From positions 106,771-170,770 of the forward strand of contig JAXGME010000004.1 in NCBI GenBank assembly GCA_040768845.1: a stretch of 64,000 bases of DNA, given 5' to 3'. This stretch comes from Christensenellales bacterium. Its GTDB lineage: Bacteria; Bacillota; Clostridia; Christensenellales; Aristaeellaceae. Within the stretch, counting starts at the first letter, position 1, and the number at the start of each line of letters is the position of its first letter. Below the pieces are notes generated by a model that saw nothing but the letters and a program-made list of their open reading frames with translations, did not search any database and was not told where the DNA came from. Below are positions 33,001-35,887 of this stretch, one piece after another. The translations under genes and the position numbers were made by a program.

Positions 33001-35887
33001 CACCACCGAGCAGCAGATGAACCGCCCGGTGCTCGTCGGCAACATTGTGAACCCGCCGCTCGACGGGGCCGGGAACCCGGTGATAAATCCCGACGGCGGC
33101 TATGACTTCCTGCTGGTGGCTCGGCCGGTTCTGAACGTGGCGGGCCTGCCGGCGCTGGACGACAGGCTCAGGCCCATCCTCGAGTGGACGGTCTGCGTTC
33201 AGATCGGCTACGATTGGCTGCGGGTGGAATATCCGGGCGAGGCGACCCGACTGGACGCCGTATCCGGTGCGGACATCTTCATTCATGAGTTGACGGGCGA
33301 CATGGGCGTGGGCAGTCTGACGGCGGCGGGCGACGTAGGCCTGAGCGCCGCGGGCAGCATTCTGGATGTGCGCGCCGCAGGCGAGGCCATGCTCAACATC
33401 GCGGCGGGCGGTGACGTCCGCCTGAGCGCCGCCTCCGGCACCATCGGCACCCGCGAAAATTACCTGGACATTGATGTGGACGGCGTCGTGACAGCGGATG
33501 CCTCCGGCGACATCAGCATTGCCCATGCGGCGGACATGATCCTCGTCGCGGACAGCAGAAACGGGCAGGTCAACGCCGACGCGGCGGGCGATCTGGATCT
33601 TTCCAACACCGCGGGCGACCTCGTAATCGGCCCGATCTATGCCGGGGCGGATATCACGATCACCGCGCAGGGCAGCATCCTGCCGGGCGACAGGCTGGGC
33701 CGCGACGCGCAGGTGAAGGGCCGCAGCATTGCGCTAAGCGCGCTGGGCGGCACCGCGGGCACCGCGGCCGCGCCGCTGGATGTGGACACTGACGCACCGG
33801 GCGGCGGCACGCTTTCGATCTTCGCGGCCTCCACCGTGTTTGTGCGGGAATTGACCGGAGATCTGCGGCTTGAAAGGCTTGTATCCGGCGGAGATGCGAC
33901 GCTCATCATTCCCGACAACCTGATTGACGCCGCAAATCCGCTGTGGAACGACGCGGCGGCGATGTACCTTGCGTCCTTTGAGGCCTTTGACCGGTTCACG
34001 GCCCTGTCCACCATCGCTGAGGTGCTTCGCGGCTACGCCGACCGGCTGTGGGAGAAGCTGGATGCCGCCAGCGAAAAAGTGAACGCCCTGGGCAGCGCGC
34101 TGGCGGACCTGATGGCGAGGATTTCGGACCTCGAACGCCAGATTGCCGATATGGATGGAGATCCGTCCAGGGCCGCGCGCCTGAAAAAGCTGAAGGCAAA
34201 ACAATCTGCGCTGGCAGCCCAGGCCGCGTCGCTGACCGAGCGGCTGAACGAGGCGCTGCAGCGGCAGGCGGCAGCCCAGGCCGCCTTTGACCAGGCGGAC
34301 CGGCAGACCGACATCGCGGAGGGCGAAGCCGCCGCGCAGCACGGCGTCGTCACGGACAGCGTGGCGGAAATGGTGCGGCGCATCCGCGGCGCCATCGGCC
34401 GCGACACCGTGGAGGTTGCCGGAAACCTGCTGCTCCGCGCGGGCGGCAGCATCGGCGAGGCCGACCACGCGCTGTCCATGCTGGTGAGCGGCACGGTGAC
34501 GGTCGATCAGGGCGACAACCCGTCGGACGGTCTGTACATCGCCAGCGGCGGGCCCATCACGTTCTCGGGCATCAACGCCTACGGCAATGTGGGCATCATC
34601 GCGCTGGGGGACATCCGCTTTGCACCCGGACGGGGGCTGAGCGCGGAGGTCGCCTCCCTCCTGTCGCTGAACGGCGACGTGGGCAGCAAAAAGCGCCCGG
34701 TCCTCGTGAACGCGGGCGAGGTCTCCGCCGCCGGAAACAACGTGTACCTGCGCAGCGCCAGGAATCTGCGGGTGGATACCATCATCGCGGGCAATGAGGC
34801 GCGCATCCGGTCGGACGGCGGCGTTACCGGCGTCCTGCGCGACGCGGGCGACGACCGCACCCACTTCTCCGCCCCGATGCTGGATATCGAAGCGGGCGGC
34901 AACGTCGGTGCGGCCTCCAACCCGCTGCGGCTCAACGTGGACAGACTGAAGCTCCTTGCGGGCAATGTGACGCTGGCCAACATCTCCGGTGCGCTGGACA
35001 TCGTCCGGCTGCGCGGCAACCGCGTGAGGATTGACGCGCTGGGCGGCGTGCTGGGCGGGCCGATTTATGCCGACAGGCTCACCATCCGCGCCGGCGGCTC
35101 CGTGGCGACAAAGGACGATCCGCTGATCCTATGGGTGCCCGGCGATGTGCGCATCACGTCGGTGTTTGGCCGGGTGTATTACATCAACCGTTACCGGCCC
35201 GCCGTTAAGGACGCGGTTCGGGTGCTCTATCTGATGCGCTTCCCGGTGACCGTTTTTGCGGACGGTCAGCCCCGGACCCTTGCGCTGTACATTGCGGCCA
35301 CCCGCGGGGTGGACGGCTCCGTCACCATGCGCGGCGCTTGGCTGCTGGCGGAAGAGCGCGCTGCGGACTTTGCCGGGTTGATAAGGCAAATTGCCGCCCA
35401 GGGTGTGGCGAACCCGGCCTTCATCTTCGCGCAGCCGCTGCCCGGCCTTGCGCAGGCGCTCCGGAGTGCCTATCCGGGCGCTGTGGTTCAGGGCGGCGCG
35501 ACGATGTGGATTCTCGGCGCGCTGATCGGCGCGGATGCGCCGGATATCGAGGCGCTGCTTGAGGATCTCCAGCAGATTCTGACGGCGGATCGCGAAGCGC
35601 AGGCCGTGCGCCTGATCGAGGCGTTTTCCGCGCGGTGGGGCGAGAAGTATCCCGAAATCGCGGCCATGCTGTCGGAGGGCTGGACCGACCGCGCCGAGTT
35701 CTTCCGGATGCGTGCGGCCGACAGAAGGGCCGCCTGCGACCTTGCGGGCTTTGCGCCCTTCCTGATGGCGCTGCAAGCGGCGCTGGGTGCGGACGGCGGC
35801 TTTGAGAATGAGAACGCGCTGACGGATGCGCTGGCGCCTGTGCTTATTCAGGGCATCCAGGCTTCCGCGCTGGAGAAGGCGGCGTAG
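8888..35887 (+). CDS. giant (8,999-aa) secreted or surface repeat protein, beta-helix / filamentous-adhesin-like; function unknown
   Basis: One uninterrupted frame runs from TTG 8873 to TAG 35885-35887. The best start is ATG 8888, 6 nt after GGAGGAG (8875-8881). GC3-dominated codons occur in this frame only; every other frame breaks within 0.2-4.4 kb. The N-terminus is a basic stretch plus hydrophobic helix plus AVASA. The body is Ala/Gly/Val/Thr/Ser-rich periodic sequence. Confidence 0.9.
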   Translation: MRLHGLSGRRARRKRLWKKNLVLISLVFALILSTMAVIAETSAVASASSLEAFEAPPSLDGGASPALLADSGALVTLDSGSGASEPTAAPEAEQEPEPAAAPEAEQQPEPTAAPEAEQEPEPTAAPEAEQQPEPTAAPEAEQQPEAEPEPTAAPEAEQQPEPTAAPEAEQEPKPTAAPEAEQPPEPTATPEAEQQPEPTAAPGIEAQAYVAIPEAGQSSEPQGMVLAAEPLGAIAAKGGVDTAGAKDTVEAYAIPAGSAYIREAAGLLTYKNDATANAIQNALQDALTTARDAVNKTATIVVTDGTYNGGVNLDASAGSSLSELLLSIFGSADAAKGVKLQIVAEDALNEAGEATANSAGGAQVDGSVTISGLDVVLAGLYFSTRAMVSVSDADSFSYYGTRLSDDVDISVSRVKKNIKVDLGEGDDKASVRIKQAPTVSASMTVTPEMGQDATAIFEALTSFKASEISQLGASLADAVRSFLATLNGSISGMVVSDSLTVDIDGGAGEDEIAVKHINSTDLTMASGDAGSTYGFAIDLSKVDTSIRGGAGSDVLGATGGMELTYGRKVVSALMEYVAEEFDIAGSNLRFFGGDGDDVITVDTTAAFPSFRGVTVDVAGGAGFDRLHLTGKLNDRIDAASRITGNTSELTIEALAEITFLGDLIDGIRIPFTKRMVVNSTGVDAFTDALKNKNTVALSALAPGAAAQSFTDYVLDASGPVDYTANLAIPGGGLMLANIVADGGESLTVTRLVAPDFNLLLSGGEITVGGEVRGKNILINSVVTDIAEAAIEQTIIEDDLNEENTVDIEVGFYKANGAAKITVAPSANLVATQAIDMLASLTLDKPYLPTGDIFNPFTLKLGEVNIDIRGALAAGGSIRADALYSSTVSATNGLLKVVIPFGVAAITGDTRITVGGGARLNAGAGVLLRAASDTSAEAEATMGALKFTLALAVVQAETHVKVGDTAAIAAGGAVKLSAMNAVRAEAAALGKKPSMLALKPASGGYIAGSFVFQDTSATIADHASVSSGAALSVRSESRLNTATTTVSIPASQSDGSGGESFLPTDQIRLMSIVPFVETKLLKVEKAPNQTAFGKLLSGVTGSNSLGNKFTDATKTASSSGTPSSTKQVVGALALAYAGNTNSALIDTTGSVTAAGALDVTALAATVNQVRADGSLYKTPMAQAEDAKNSVGAGVAIAVTNHDNSARIIAGSIAARGLSVSAVTGRIVSSSIAKAGHIPKTSSFGLGGAVSVHVVIGRNEALVGSGAAYNLTGGAVNVVSTGNGAFTTVGDASGKRVTPSLSFGGITIPLKPTTGSEKDSVGIGAGIAVSVTGADFIAKVEDGVRFGTAVLDGVNVKASFSGTETIHAAAGAAGGTSIVPVLALAVSGVYSQAYLGTQSGALSATGDVAISAANSMKRSVAADAAAAGSGVGVGASFGIAVINDSAEATLKRSVTAANVLVDAKSVSRLTMTIKASAVGAMPPTSTSTGDAASGKTQEDYDKMKDDGWPLDDNGDDMRSLFNEGEADQMADKNTQAAADLAAGANTNNVNAGSVNQLSQDRPRAETNEGSIQVAASLALNILSNKSLATVGGGIAVTATDKVRVRAVNDTDATISANASATKSTTGVGVAVAINYVRYQNKAKIGASTLRAKSLLVEADIVEADNKKTVEEILTKLLTYFATTEGTEFLMDALLAVEGQASLDALLAANGLYGADYAALTATEKESLRKLIIQQLTEQLTSGQRGDAAGALLSGLIESTVKDFFDTLTDPDFILNMVLGAPDASIGNLFSQLALKGKVAAAAIQEAIVLSLAQKFGNPGELDGIGCLISTSAISGVGAANVGVAGSAAIAVVDGETEALIESRTGYVDGDIAVTEDAAIRARAAQKVYTTATASADKNGKPVKNKDDSSGTSVGVGASAAISIVDVDAIASLGSYRRLSAGTLAILSEAQNDIDSVTIAGADPIARREAVKVTPPGIGQEVSQPAANNTTTKDISVDAAVALAVITNNVLAQVLEHASVTTTGHDTVKTGVVDGAGVEEMVNFLLSAYQRGQTKASASGFAVAGDKAAVGAAIAVNIAMSDVRATFAGVGLVAGSAKITALTSNEDEANALATVVGASLDRYFDRLRTALRLGSVGSGGGSGKMNATIVNKINGFLPKAKELTANVPFSAKLFDLLGVKTPAAPSSSTASGAATGNAGGNANSQSLDDSAKKEQSINLAAALGVNVTNHCATAEMTGSLTAKNAEISAADRSNFRTTGSGATVTLPSQQNANNIALGIAVTVNRNKAHSTVGGSLTATGSGSNNGAIRVTSAATQNMDGAYRGLLGAQAVACAIAGSGGKVGLAGAVAVMVAGAESIARIAEGALVRGGAISILATDQSKLAVRAGSVSATGASAGVGASFALIYAESLTRATIGKNAQVYGGSLKLSAEKLRVDSTDYQFPLGISTLFTVDASADRSGIVNLKTSGGYALELNLGMDDVMKTLDMLNFLASVNYYVEAIAGSVVGSSDAKLALAGSVAMLFTNNETAAEVGDGAVIVLTDGSLDVDASSDTVARLIGGAVAATTGKSGVGVNIAALADEDMVRASIGAGAKLGASGDVTVDAAAASDTWAVTVAAGVSTGSGPSIGGSINMIVSGNTVWAGALGADGDTAGGEEITAGGDVRISADNVAKMTLISASLGAGSGVAAGGTAAVIVTNNDTRAALGAGAKLTAGRSAAISARSAETMLNILASLSGSTGKVAAAGTLGVMVSQSLTQASVGAQAQVTAADGGVQVTADGAVTQVVVMAAASGSTGGAAVGGTVNVGVFDHQVNALVGQGAKLQAQKLAQGNNVIVRASADNSTILITFAGAASSSSAAIAGAIPVVVVSDKVQVDVGSYVIIEAGDSIAIISRAESGLYNIAGSVAVSAGQAGAGATIATLVIGNSVNTRIGNRAKMIAHAVMEDAALPAGVQLPNRDARRRGVLVSATANSTLAMISGSGAASTGNAAVAGVVHTLVLKNSVKAVVGDHVVMVAGRESSTPGSTKTGDGEVIVESDDDSHIYNIAGAVSASSGAGVGASVVVMVYDKRMEASVGDGGTIIATDDVTVQSTSKDTVILLALSFAGGGNAGVAVSASALVFENDLFAALGGSVFSDGDVLVNADSETTMVNTAAAVAVSGTAAVTPVAIVTYFEGATNALFRVGADILAAGGVSLRAKSKEFITSDAAGVSASGTASVSGTVDVVLSKQKTTAVTGSGVVIDAAALNVNAADDYQLVGVVATIAGSGTAGVAITALVSVLHNTVSAILGGNNRITTRSGDVSVNASAKRDIGAYAGTVAAGQVGVGGTLMVVVAGGRMKQDAADQLSASFKPGEFMDGAFSSSHGAASGYEKDDVGAMLEGDGDQQSKTNVGSGGSFDGTGGYKDDSVSGDVSVAPGKNADNSKAQAPGADTSFGSNGDIDSAAAIGSAKPTYASQDATSAIIGAGTVVNSARDILVTSGDDLVADLIAGTITGGVYAAVGAGVAVAVLFSNVEAKVEDGATLHAGRDIKILATAGSTTVEDTDTQRTGALKDSFSAGSNNPMDLTRRTIRAISITGGGALVGVSVSLASVNVFSTVIATLKGDVTKSASLTVMASCDYPNVLAATLTASAGGAAVGASVAAAVFGATVESSVAGDAKISGTQAVNVASRLNTGAISGAGAFAAGGVAGNGAVALVVNISRVDTFIGRGATVSRSDALALSVNADVDTAARAYVLSVAVSGSVSIGLSAAVTVIKPEVLTYIGTTPTGHTAHSGAGAAGGSVNAWRVEVKNDVTSLAQSLIAAFSAGGVAVNGNVLLTFNFTDAVAALSGATVTADAVSINAYMDSTARSVVLAGTAGSAAIGVTVSYVHLRSSNIARIDGGMLEADAIGLYAGKLGRANTATAEATAVAGSIGAVAVGLNTAIADNHAQNIAEILNGNIAADTILEVYAVGTATATARVLGFSAGVVNVAGTYVLALLRSEQQARILGGSVTAGELFVKSYLNNAAGDSTLAQIVTGSGGLLSATVNMALAYGRASSVAVVAPAFMTIGGSAAIGSYGYQQVRTEILNLLDASAYGAAVMVGFAYAQGEFNARLAVTDGPAAVDINAASITVESIYTAAAVSRVTPSAGGVSLSVASAKANAAVALVSVSATAAIDGTGALSAGQVTVLTQGVASSLAEVLTPKYQVGVATVAVNAILSKLSARQKAYILGVSIINASSVTVRSELNKGKTTGASAKLHATGAGVSVGLLDVRANIAVALSDSESIAFVVGVPISGGALLIQSDASSIAEAKIDTASFGAAAVSLGLNALYAYANGDFRAYAVTAGAAMNPASLAVQVNHTATSEADTTQSPVSAAFSAVSAKTNLAVAVTGLVAEAAILGDALRLVADGILDQATLSAYGLNGVGGSVSAATVDVLVAGIAAATTTVAQAAMELNYASVGVNVLISRLTAVQNAVISGATISGGAVTVRSTLNAGGTGSARAMLSGSKVNISLYDGKANAVYALADAASIACIDQSAIDLTGALQVLSEGSSLAGAGVVQGSGLGLVAVGLTIVEADASGDFRADIQTAADKPVKAASIRVGANYTALAQAATTQAAGGVSGSLVSGDTNMATAKVTNRARAAVTGGGGVWVTGDMIVSAIGTAVALAVVEEPTASLSGISVVANVLSAVLASEQKAYIAGGQIKAGRVNVVSEYNKGAPSSASGGATAALRGTGSGVSLHFVNVGVNTAAAAVRAVSAAYISGADILAGTGAVTVTSDATSLASALVEQSSSAGYAAFGVTTVNAAADGTFLAYLAANGASVNAASLTIANHYRAKADAATAQSSGSVEHSVLSGRTNAATAKVGTWAEAQVYGAEQSGVIDGSLTIAGALTVTVTGIAAARAEVAQPTVSLAGISITANILDASLKSYQRARISGVGLRAGSVAVASNCNQGAENSADGGATAVLRGTGIGGAGAFKLTLVGAEVNTAIALADATSIAALEYANVLAGTGALSIRSNGTSLAWAGVEQASGVGLATFGVTIVKADANGSYAACLDASGADVNAASLTIENSYTAKANAETAQSTGGGVNASAVSGKTNVASASVGILAVAELRGVPGASAHAVSVVGAVNVKAAGVAQAVALVQAPFIALGGISVAANVVGASLAGTQRARILDVRLSAGSVTVLSEFNKGRTDGATATLTGPGASVTLVEVNINSATATAGNLVAAGVKGADINCGALTVMVDATSNAVASTMSGSSVGFAGLGVTVITALANGVFDAFIEDSAVGAGAGAVNVQVAHTSRADAKAAQPSGGTISLSGISIEGNKATATVGTKADARVTGGSITTTGALTVQIIGTATAHAQIQGERLSISVGSIAVNLVRADVAARLGARIDQTTIKAGTVSVTVSLNKKDRTTGAVARVGSAGSGGGSLSLFGGSASRGDALITAIVAAAVAGTAMDAAQLNVYADVNAYANADILSPSGSLSLYNASVVETAADAAGSYSATVDTTGQGGGQALSVGGLDIKVTYYATSTAATGPAGGVSASVVNSSMNKATAQTRLSAAAGLLGSGRLEVSGNANVQVIGRAKAVTEGRTYNLGISGVKIAVNWTSATLNVTQSANVKNTGTMTIGGTLKINSQFVRDEGYGGATATTGGAGGGSVSILGATTNVARAIVAVEIYAGITNDALAVPGLITAGAVDIDALASTLSTAAAKTGYGVSVVTIGNLDAVAISYSTVKAYIQNALVETANSTSVNATSVAGANASSEAPGGIGIASGTSAKARAFVGMPAPGNLSDDDRSGLDGLLGQKPQTVSAYASAASVTAGGDITIRAYNEGYAVSNVAKGTTVSGGSISRSSIPTFSEYYTHAQVLGGSALVAAGSISITAEDLTQADSVAKGQSIGLIVNSETMCGRNFQDVVTQVDIGASLLKAREALNVLATSRAVMDAQTVADGGGAFDGSSLYVHNTLYRNTRVSILDGAHLEADYGNLVIQATSGTRDSITTRATLSSGGVVALAKIRGYTTVSSGATVSVASGAQIVDTFNTVRIIADASMNKLSTELRATAAGLGVAPNVQSNTSVTIRPLVDIAGSADRRAGITGRYVELRGITSKLYIYDYCYASGKALGANVVAHVHQNTDIDVVVKVSFAVIRAYDGLTMITSSAPTGDSRNVYAHSSTSLKAIGESNSNVSMTYDNSTRTEVNTGVDVYSADVYISAVSPSANAGYDRSKSGFIVKYRGGSQSLKSSAASYINSGASFHLGDAAAGIVIDISTRNGVTLVRQVGLKNERQIWTITSDGVQFANISNNLPGRMRVLMFTGSTSPFFKVYNQEWIPGLTLVNRTDLDVSFKGLALRNTSFIAPTVSLTYLSSSFRHSGAQASANATPAVILESRAGGGIHLGGLIANPTGTVRILFTGENPGALTSIGAMSTSSGLTNVAPIWAHALTISGASSVGTASKPILAFLFGLGDEDPSVSAVATGDMHMELTPAELKMVASIPNSPDTTALKYRLRLVQALTDGVNAIRLGEGLRIYQKAGTSVVAMPQPGTLLYLVDALVGLSGNVELSNRDALNHYLDSYDPVSGVYSYQLPNGTMIYTDEEGSVLRIAEGGVDFMVSDFNFTLNESGAVTQISLAQGVRFDVERGLLSIEAGFNFKALLSAIKGSWIMNHLGTGTDQFTFLYGYQQGNDGIYTPLESTLTLWRTIGNRSYYFLTNDTITQDKIFSGDRGVYMLTYDATADVLAAYHISYENTLDGVGDEENLIHFKWDADDDDNARFDITWLNGYDKDSPPLYGLPEWCAELNGAELVKRDNPQTYVTHLRLPFFELSPDLYLVYRISDGVLSYLYDVEGNPSSMWKSAALSYYSVDSAGIYVIAAGTELKNGVRVNEDYFFTIDSGKFTEVVRAPYHYVDGDGTNWYGGGTYYLDSYAPTLTYAAAASISLSIGKAEGKDYFQIGFDGDEGGNVTFEGPVEDIPIKGTALPQNHVRNGSGYRITASMYIHEDGFAVMFATERVTDENAANYGEYIIPMVSGYARFAAMYDGVTYRSDKLTAVNLLNAAGAAAFAPIITILGYDASTGAMQQVMLESLTGDDVGSVAVDVEGRYYLKTDGGWTLIDASRITTTTQHRTGLIINEEPEEKADCDVTTVTIEGILTIETTVIAEGTARDGEIVDIVYTLTGRDGTIVSMRGRVVFPNGATGAQTSVKLAATEYLLGNISGSNVTLEMSDSQGSILDGRADETAPNVSATGNFALVSASSGSIGAAARPLAIVVDGYVMFRDLSAHRRLATDAFLRAVDGNLAFEPGTRVEGATLEAEAANGSILFTDFAAVASAGKAAKVTLRARDNITGSQRLDVVDSNVTLTAEGDITVPVVTGAQGASIQMDADGNVRIVADDGLSVDLNASAMAVVAGGSITLGNLRLGRAAQGASAGSTLNLTAVDFIRAGDANLDGSKLIAATNDGGITMGALTGTYGSEIRLTTHTYSVLGADIQTDSVTLDGSRIVFDAYNDIYMGNLSAVNASNAQIIASGSITAGSAWLSASTLNALAENGSINMGAGTAQERSLVTLDADGSILTGNVELSETSRIEATAQTGTITLGTLTARQASSASLEAEGDIRAGDVTLAGSTLDALSHSGGIATQNIFAEGHSVLDFDAGRDIRFPNITAMDSDILMDAGGEIAFVLADFVRSSVDMTTHDDLDSSTAGDITFDIVEGIDTELRMIADGGGIYTLNDWSYLYLRGGYFVTLSARDDIGTLARRLIVDIPAEMGLRVLVVDNFHIDALDLAGEIKFLRRRPAKDVRGGRDEHGVNRLGDWLTGGGMQTLYPALAAQAPDALAAWLAARNGREVWSALITDQALSALIAQREIAKSDLKALLVGGGFNTKAFNAAYAAGQYDLLAGKLRDALNVAPPAASAKASVRYVDDARALDWLAAAIDAGLVENLGEAIHGSMTAEDLMAILDEAWRNADYQGRMDTAPADGPARAFVMTIGESFGEGRVWNAGDILILQLSGDLTAADIHSDTGDVTLATPGGSILGAASGVANVRGRYINLSAAGSIGGASQALTTEQQMNRPVLVGNIVNPPLDGAGNPVINPDGGYDFLLVARPVLNVAGLPALDDRLRPILEWTVCVQIGYDWLRVEYPGEATRLDAVSGADIFIHELTGDMGVGSLTAAGDVGLSAAGSILDVRAAGEAMLNIAAGGDVRLSAASGTIGTRENYLDIDVDGVVTADASGDISIAHAADMILVADSRNGQVNADAAGDLDLSNTAGDLVIGPIYAGADITITAQGSILPGDRLGRDAQVKGRSIALSALGGTAGTAAAPLDVDTDAPGGGTLSIFAASTVFVRELTGDLRLERLVSGGDATLIIPDNLIDAANPLWNDAAAMYLASFEAFDRFTALSTIAEVLRGYADRLWEKLDAASEKVNALGSALADLMARISDLERQIADMDGDPSRAARLKKLKAKQSALAAQAASLTERLNEALQRQAAAQAAFDQADRQTDIAEGEAAAQHGVVTDSVAEMVRRIRGAIGRDTVEVAGNLLLRAGGSIGEADHALSMLVSGTVTVDQGDNPSDGLYIASGGPITFSGINAYGNVGIIALGDIRFAPGRGLSAEVASLLSLNGDVGSKKRPVLVNAGEVSAAGNNVYLRSARNLRVDTIIAGNEARIRSDGGVTGVLRDAGDDRTHFSAPMLDIEAGGNVGAASNPLRLNVDRLKLLAGNVTLANISGALDIVRLRGNRVRIDALGGVLGGPIYADRLTIRAGGSVATKDDPLILWVPGDVRITSVFGRVYYINRYRPAVKDAVRVLYLMRFPVTVFADGQPRTLALYIAATRGVDGSVTMRGAWLLAEERAADFAGLIRQIAAQGVANPAFIFAQPLPGLAQALRSAYPGAVVQGGATMWILGALIGADAPDIEALLEDLQQILTADREAQAVRLIEAFSARWGEKYPEIAAMLSEGWTDRAEFFRMRAADRRAACDLAGFAPFLMALQAALGADGGFENENALTDALAPVLIQGIQASALEKAA
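9140..9495 (+). repeat. in-frame 36-bp tandem repeat encoding (T/A)AAPEAEQ(Q/E)PEP, about 9 units plus a partial unit
   Basis: Near-identical 36-nt units (gccgcgccggaggc[ct]gaacag[cg]agcccga[ag]ccgacc) repeat directly. One unit carries an extra GAAGCCGAGCCC-type insertion. The encoded Pro/Glu/Ala-rich stretch looks like a spacer. Confidence 0.9.
10150..10775 (+). other. five dispersed GGxGxD-type (calcium-binding-like) motifs in the N-terminal region of the giant protein
   Basis: LGEGDDKA (~10151), DGGAGEDEI (~10397), RGGAGSDVL (~10526), FGGDGDDVI (~10658), AGGAGFDRL (~10740). They are separated by 27-82 aa and are not a contiguous RTX nonapeptide array. Confidence 0.5.
11560..20700 (+). repeat. 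divergent tandem array of a ~55-aa (~165-nt) Ala/Gly-rich repeat, probably beta-helix coils
   Basis: The anchor G-x-G-x-[SA]-x-A-x(5)-[ND]-x(3)-A-x-[IV]-G recurs, e.g. GVGVGASFGIAVINDSAEATL (~13170), TGVGVAVAINYVRYQNKAKIG (~13755), SAGVGASFALIYAESLTRATIG (~16065), GAGVGASVVVMVYDKRMEASVG (~18040). By eye I found 38 anchors between ~12.45 and ~20.6 kb, mostly 155-175 nt apart. Confidence 0.8.
20500..26050 (+). repeat. higher-order tandem array of at least 8 divergent ~230-aa (~690-nt) supermodules, each about four basic units
   Basis: Motif A (L...Q[KRQ]A[YR]I.G......V.V.S..N.G) occurs at ~20801, 21467, 22208, 22877, 23585, 24302, 24962 and 25649. Motif B (AS[LI].[VI]...[YH].A.A.A.T.Q..GG.S) occurs at ~21200, 21872, 22610, 23299, 24019, 24700 and 25389. 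Spacing is 660-741 nt. Confidence 0.8.
27650..30520 (+). other. non-repetitive, aromatic/Asp/Asn-rich, probably globular region of the giant protein
   Basis: The Ala/Gly periodicity is lost. The sequence is rich in Y/W/F/D/N (e.g. HFKWDADDDDNARFDITWLNGYDKDSPPLYGLPEWCAEL, YHYVDGDGTNWYGGGTYYLDSY). GC is visibly lower: about 47% in a 60-nt sample at 29101-29160. Confidence 0.7.
30520..35180 (+). repeat. second repeat class, FhaB/filamentous-haemagglutinin-like (G[DS]I..[AL]...G.I), interrupted by helical segments
   Basis: Examples: GDVTLATPGGSILGAASG, GDVGLSAAGSILDVRAAGEAMLNIAAGGDVRLSAASGTIG, ADITITAQGSILPGD, GRSIALSALGGTAGTAAAPLDVD, EAGGNVGAASNPLRLNVDRLKLLAGNVTL. The period is irregular, about 20-40 aa. 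Confidence 0.6.
33935..34345 (+). other. predicted coiled-coil segment near the C-terminus of the giant protein
   Basis: An Ala/Leu/Gln/Glu/Lys/Arg-rich, heptad-like stretch: LWEKLDAASEKVNALGSALADLMARISDLERQIADM...RLKKLKAKQSALAAQAASLTERLNEALQRQAAAQAAFDQADRQ. Confidence 0.6.
35180..35884 (+). mobile_element. IS256/Mutator-type transposase core-like segment (5'-truncated, DDE residues apparently lost) fused in frame to the 3' end of the giant gene
   Basis: It is collinear with IS256/IS1081 transposases as I remember them: YLM..V.V..DG...L.IA..GVDG....G.W...E.A.....L...A.QGV......+....GL.QALRSAYPGA..Q.....+....DLQ.I......EA..L+..F...WG.KYPEI...L..GW.....FF........GGF.N.NAL.D.L. Compare ...LDxFxxKWxxKYPxI...W...FFxFP...FPNxxAL.... 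The catalytic D/D/E positions read R, Q/P and A/F. Confidence 0.45.

Noticed and set aside
8903-34864. Very long antisense and off-frame ORFs inside the giant gene: 8903-11950 (1015 aa), 12125-15745 (1206 aa), 15785-17908, 18956-23374 (1472 aa), 23570-27691 (1373 aa), 28190-31255 (1021 aa), 31499-33526 and 33734-34864.
   Set aside because: Their translations are Arg/Gly/Ala/His/Pro-rich low-complexity sequence with no RBS-linked starts. They are the expected stop-free shadows of GCC/GGC/GTG/ACC-rich sense codons. The sense frame alone is continuous and shows GC3 bias and periodic repeats.
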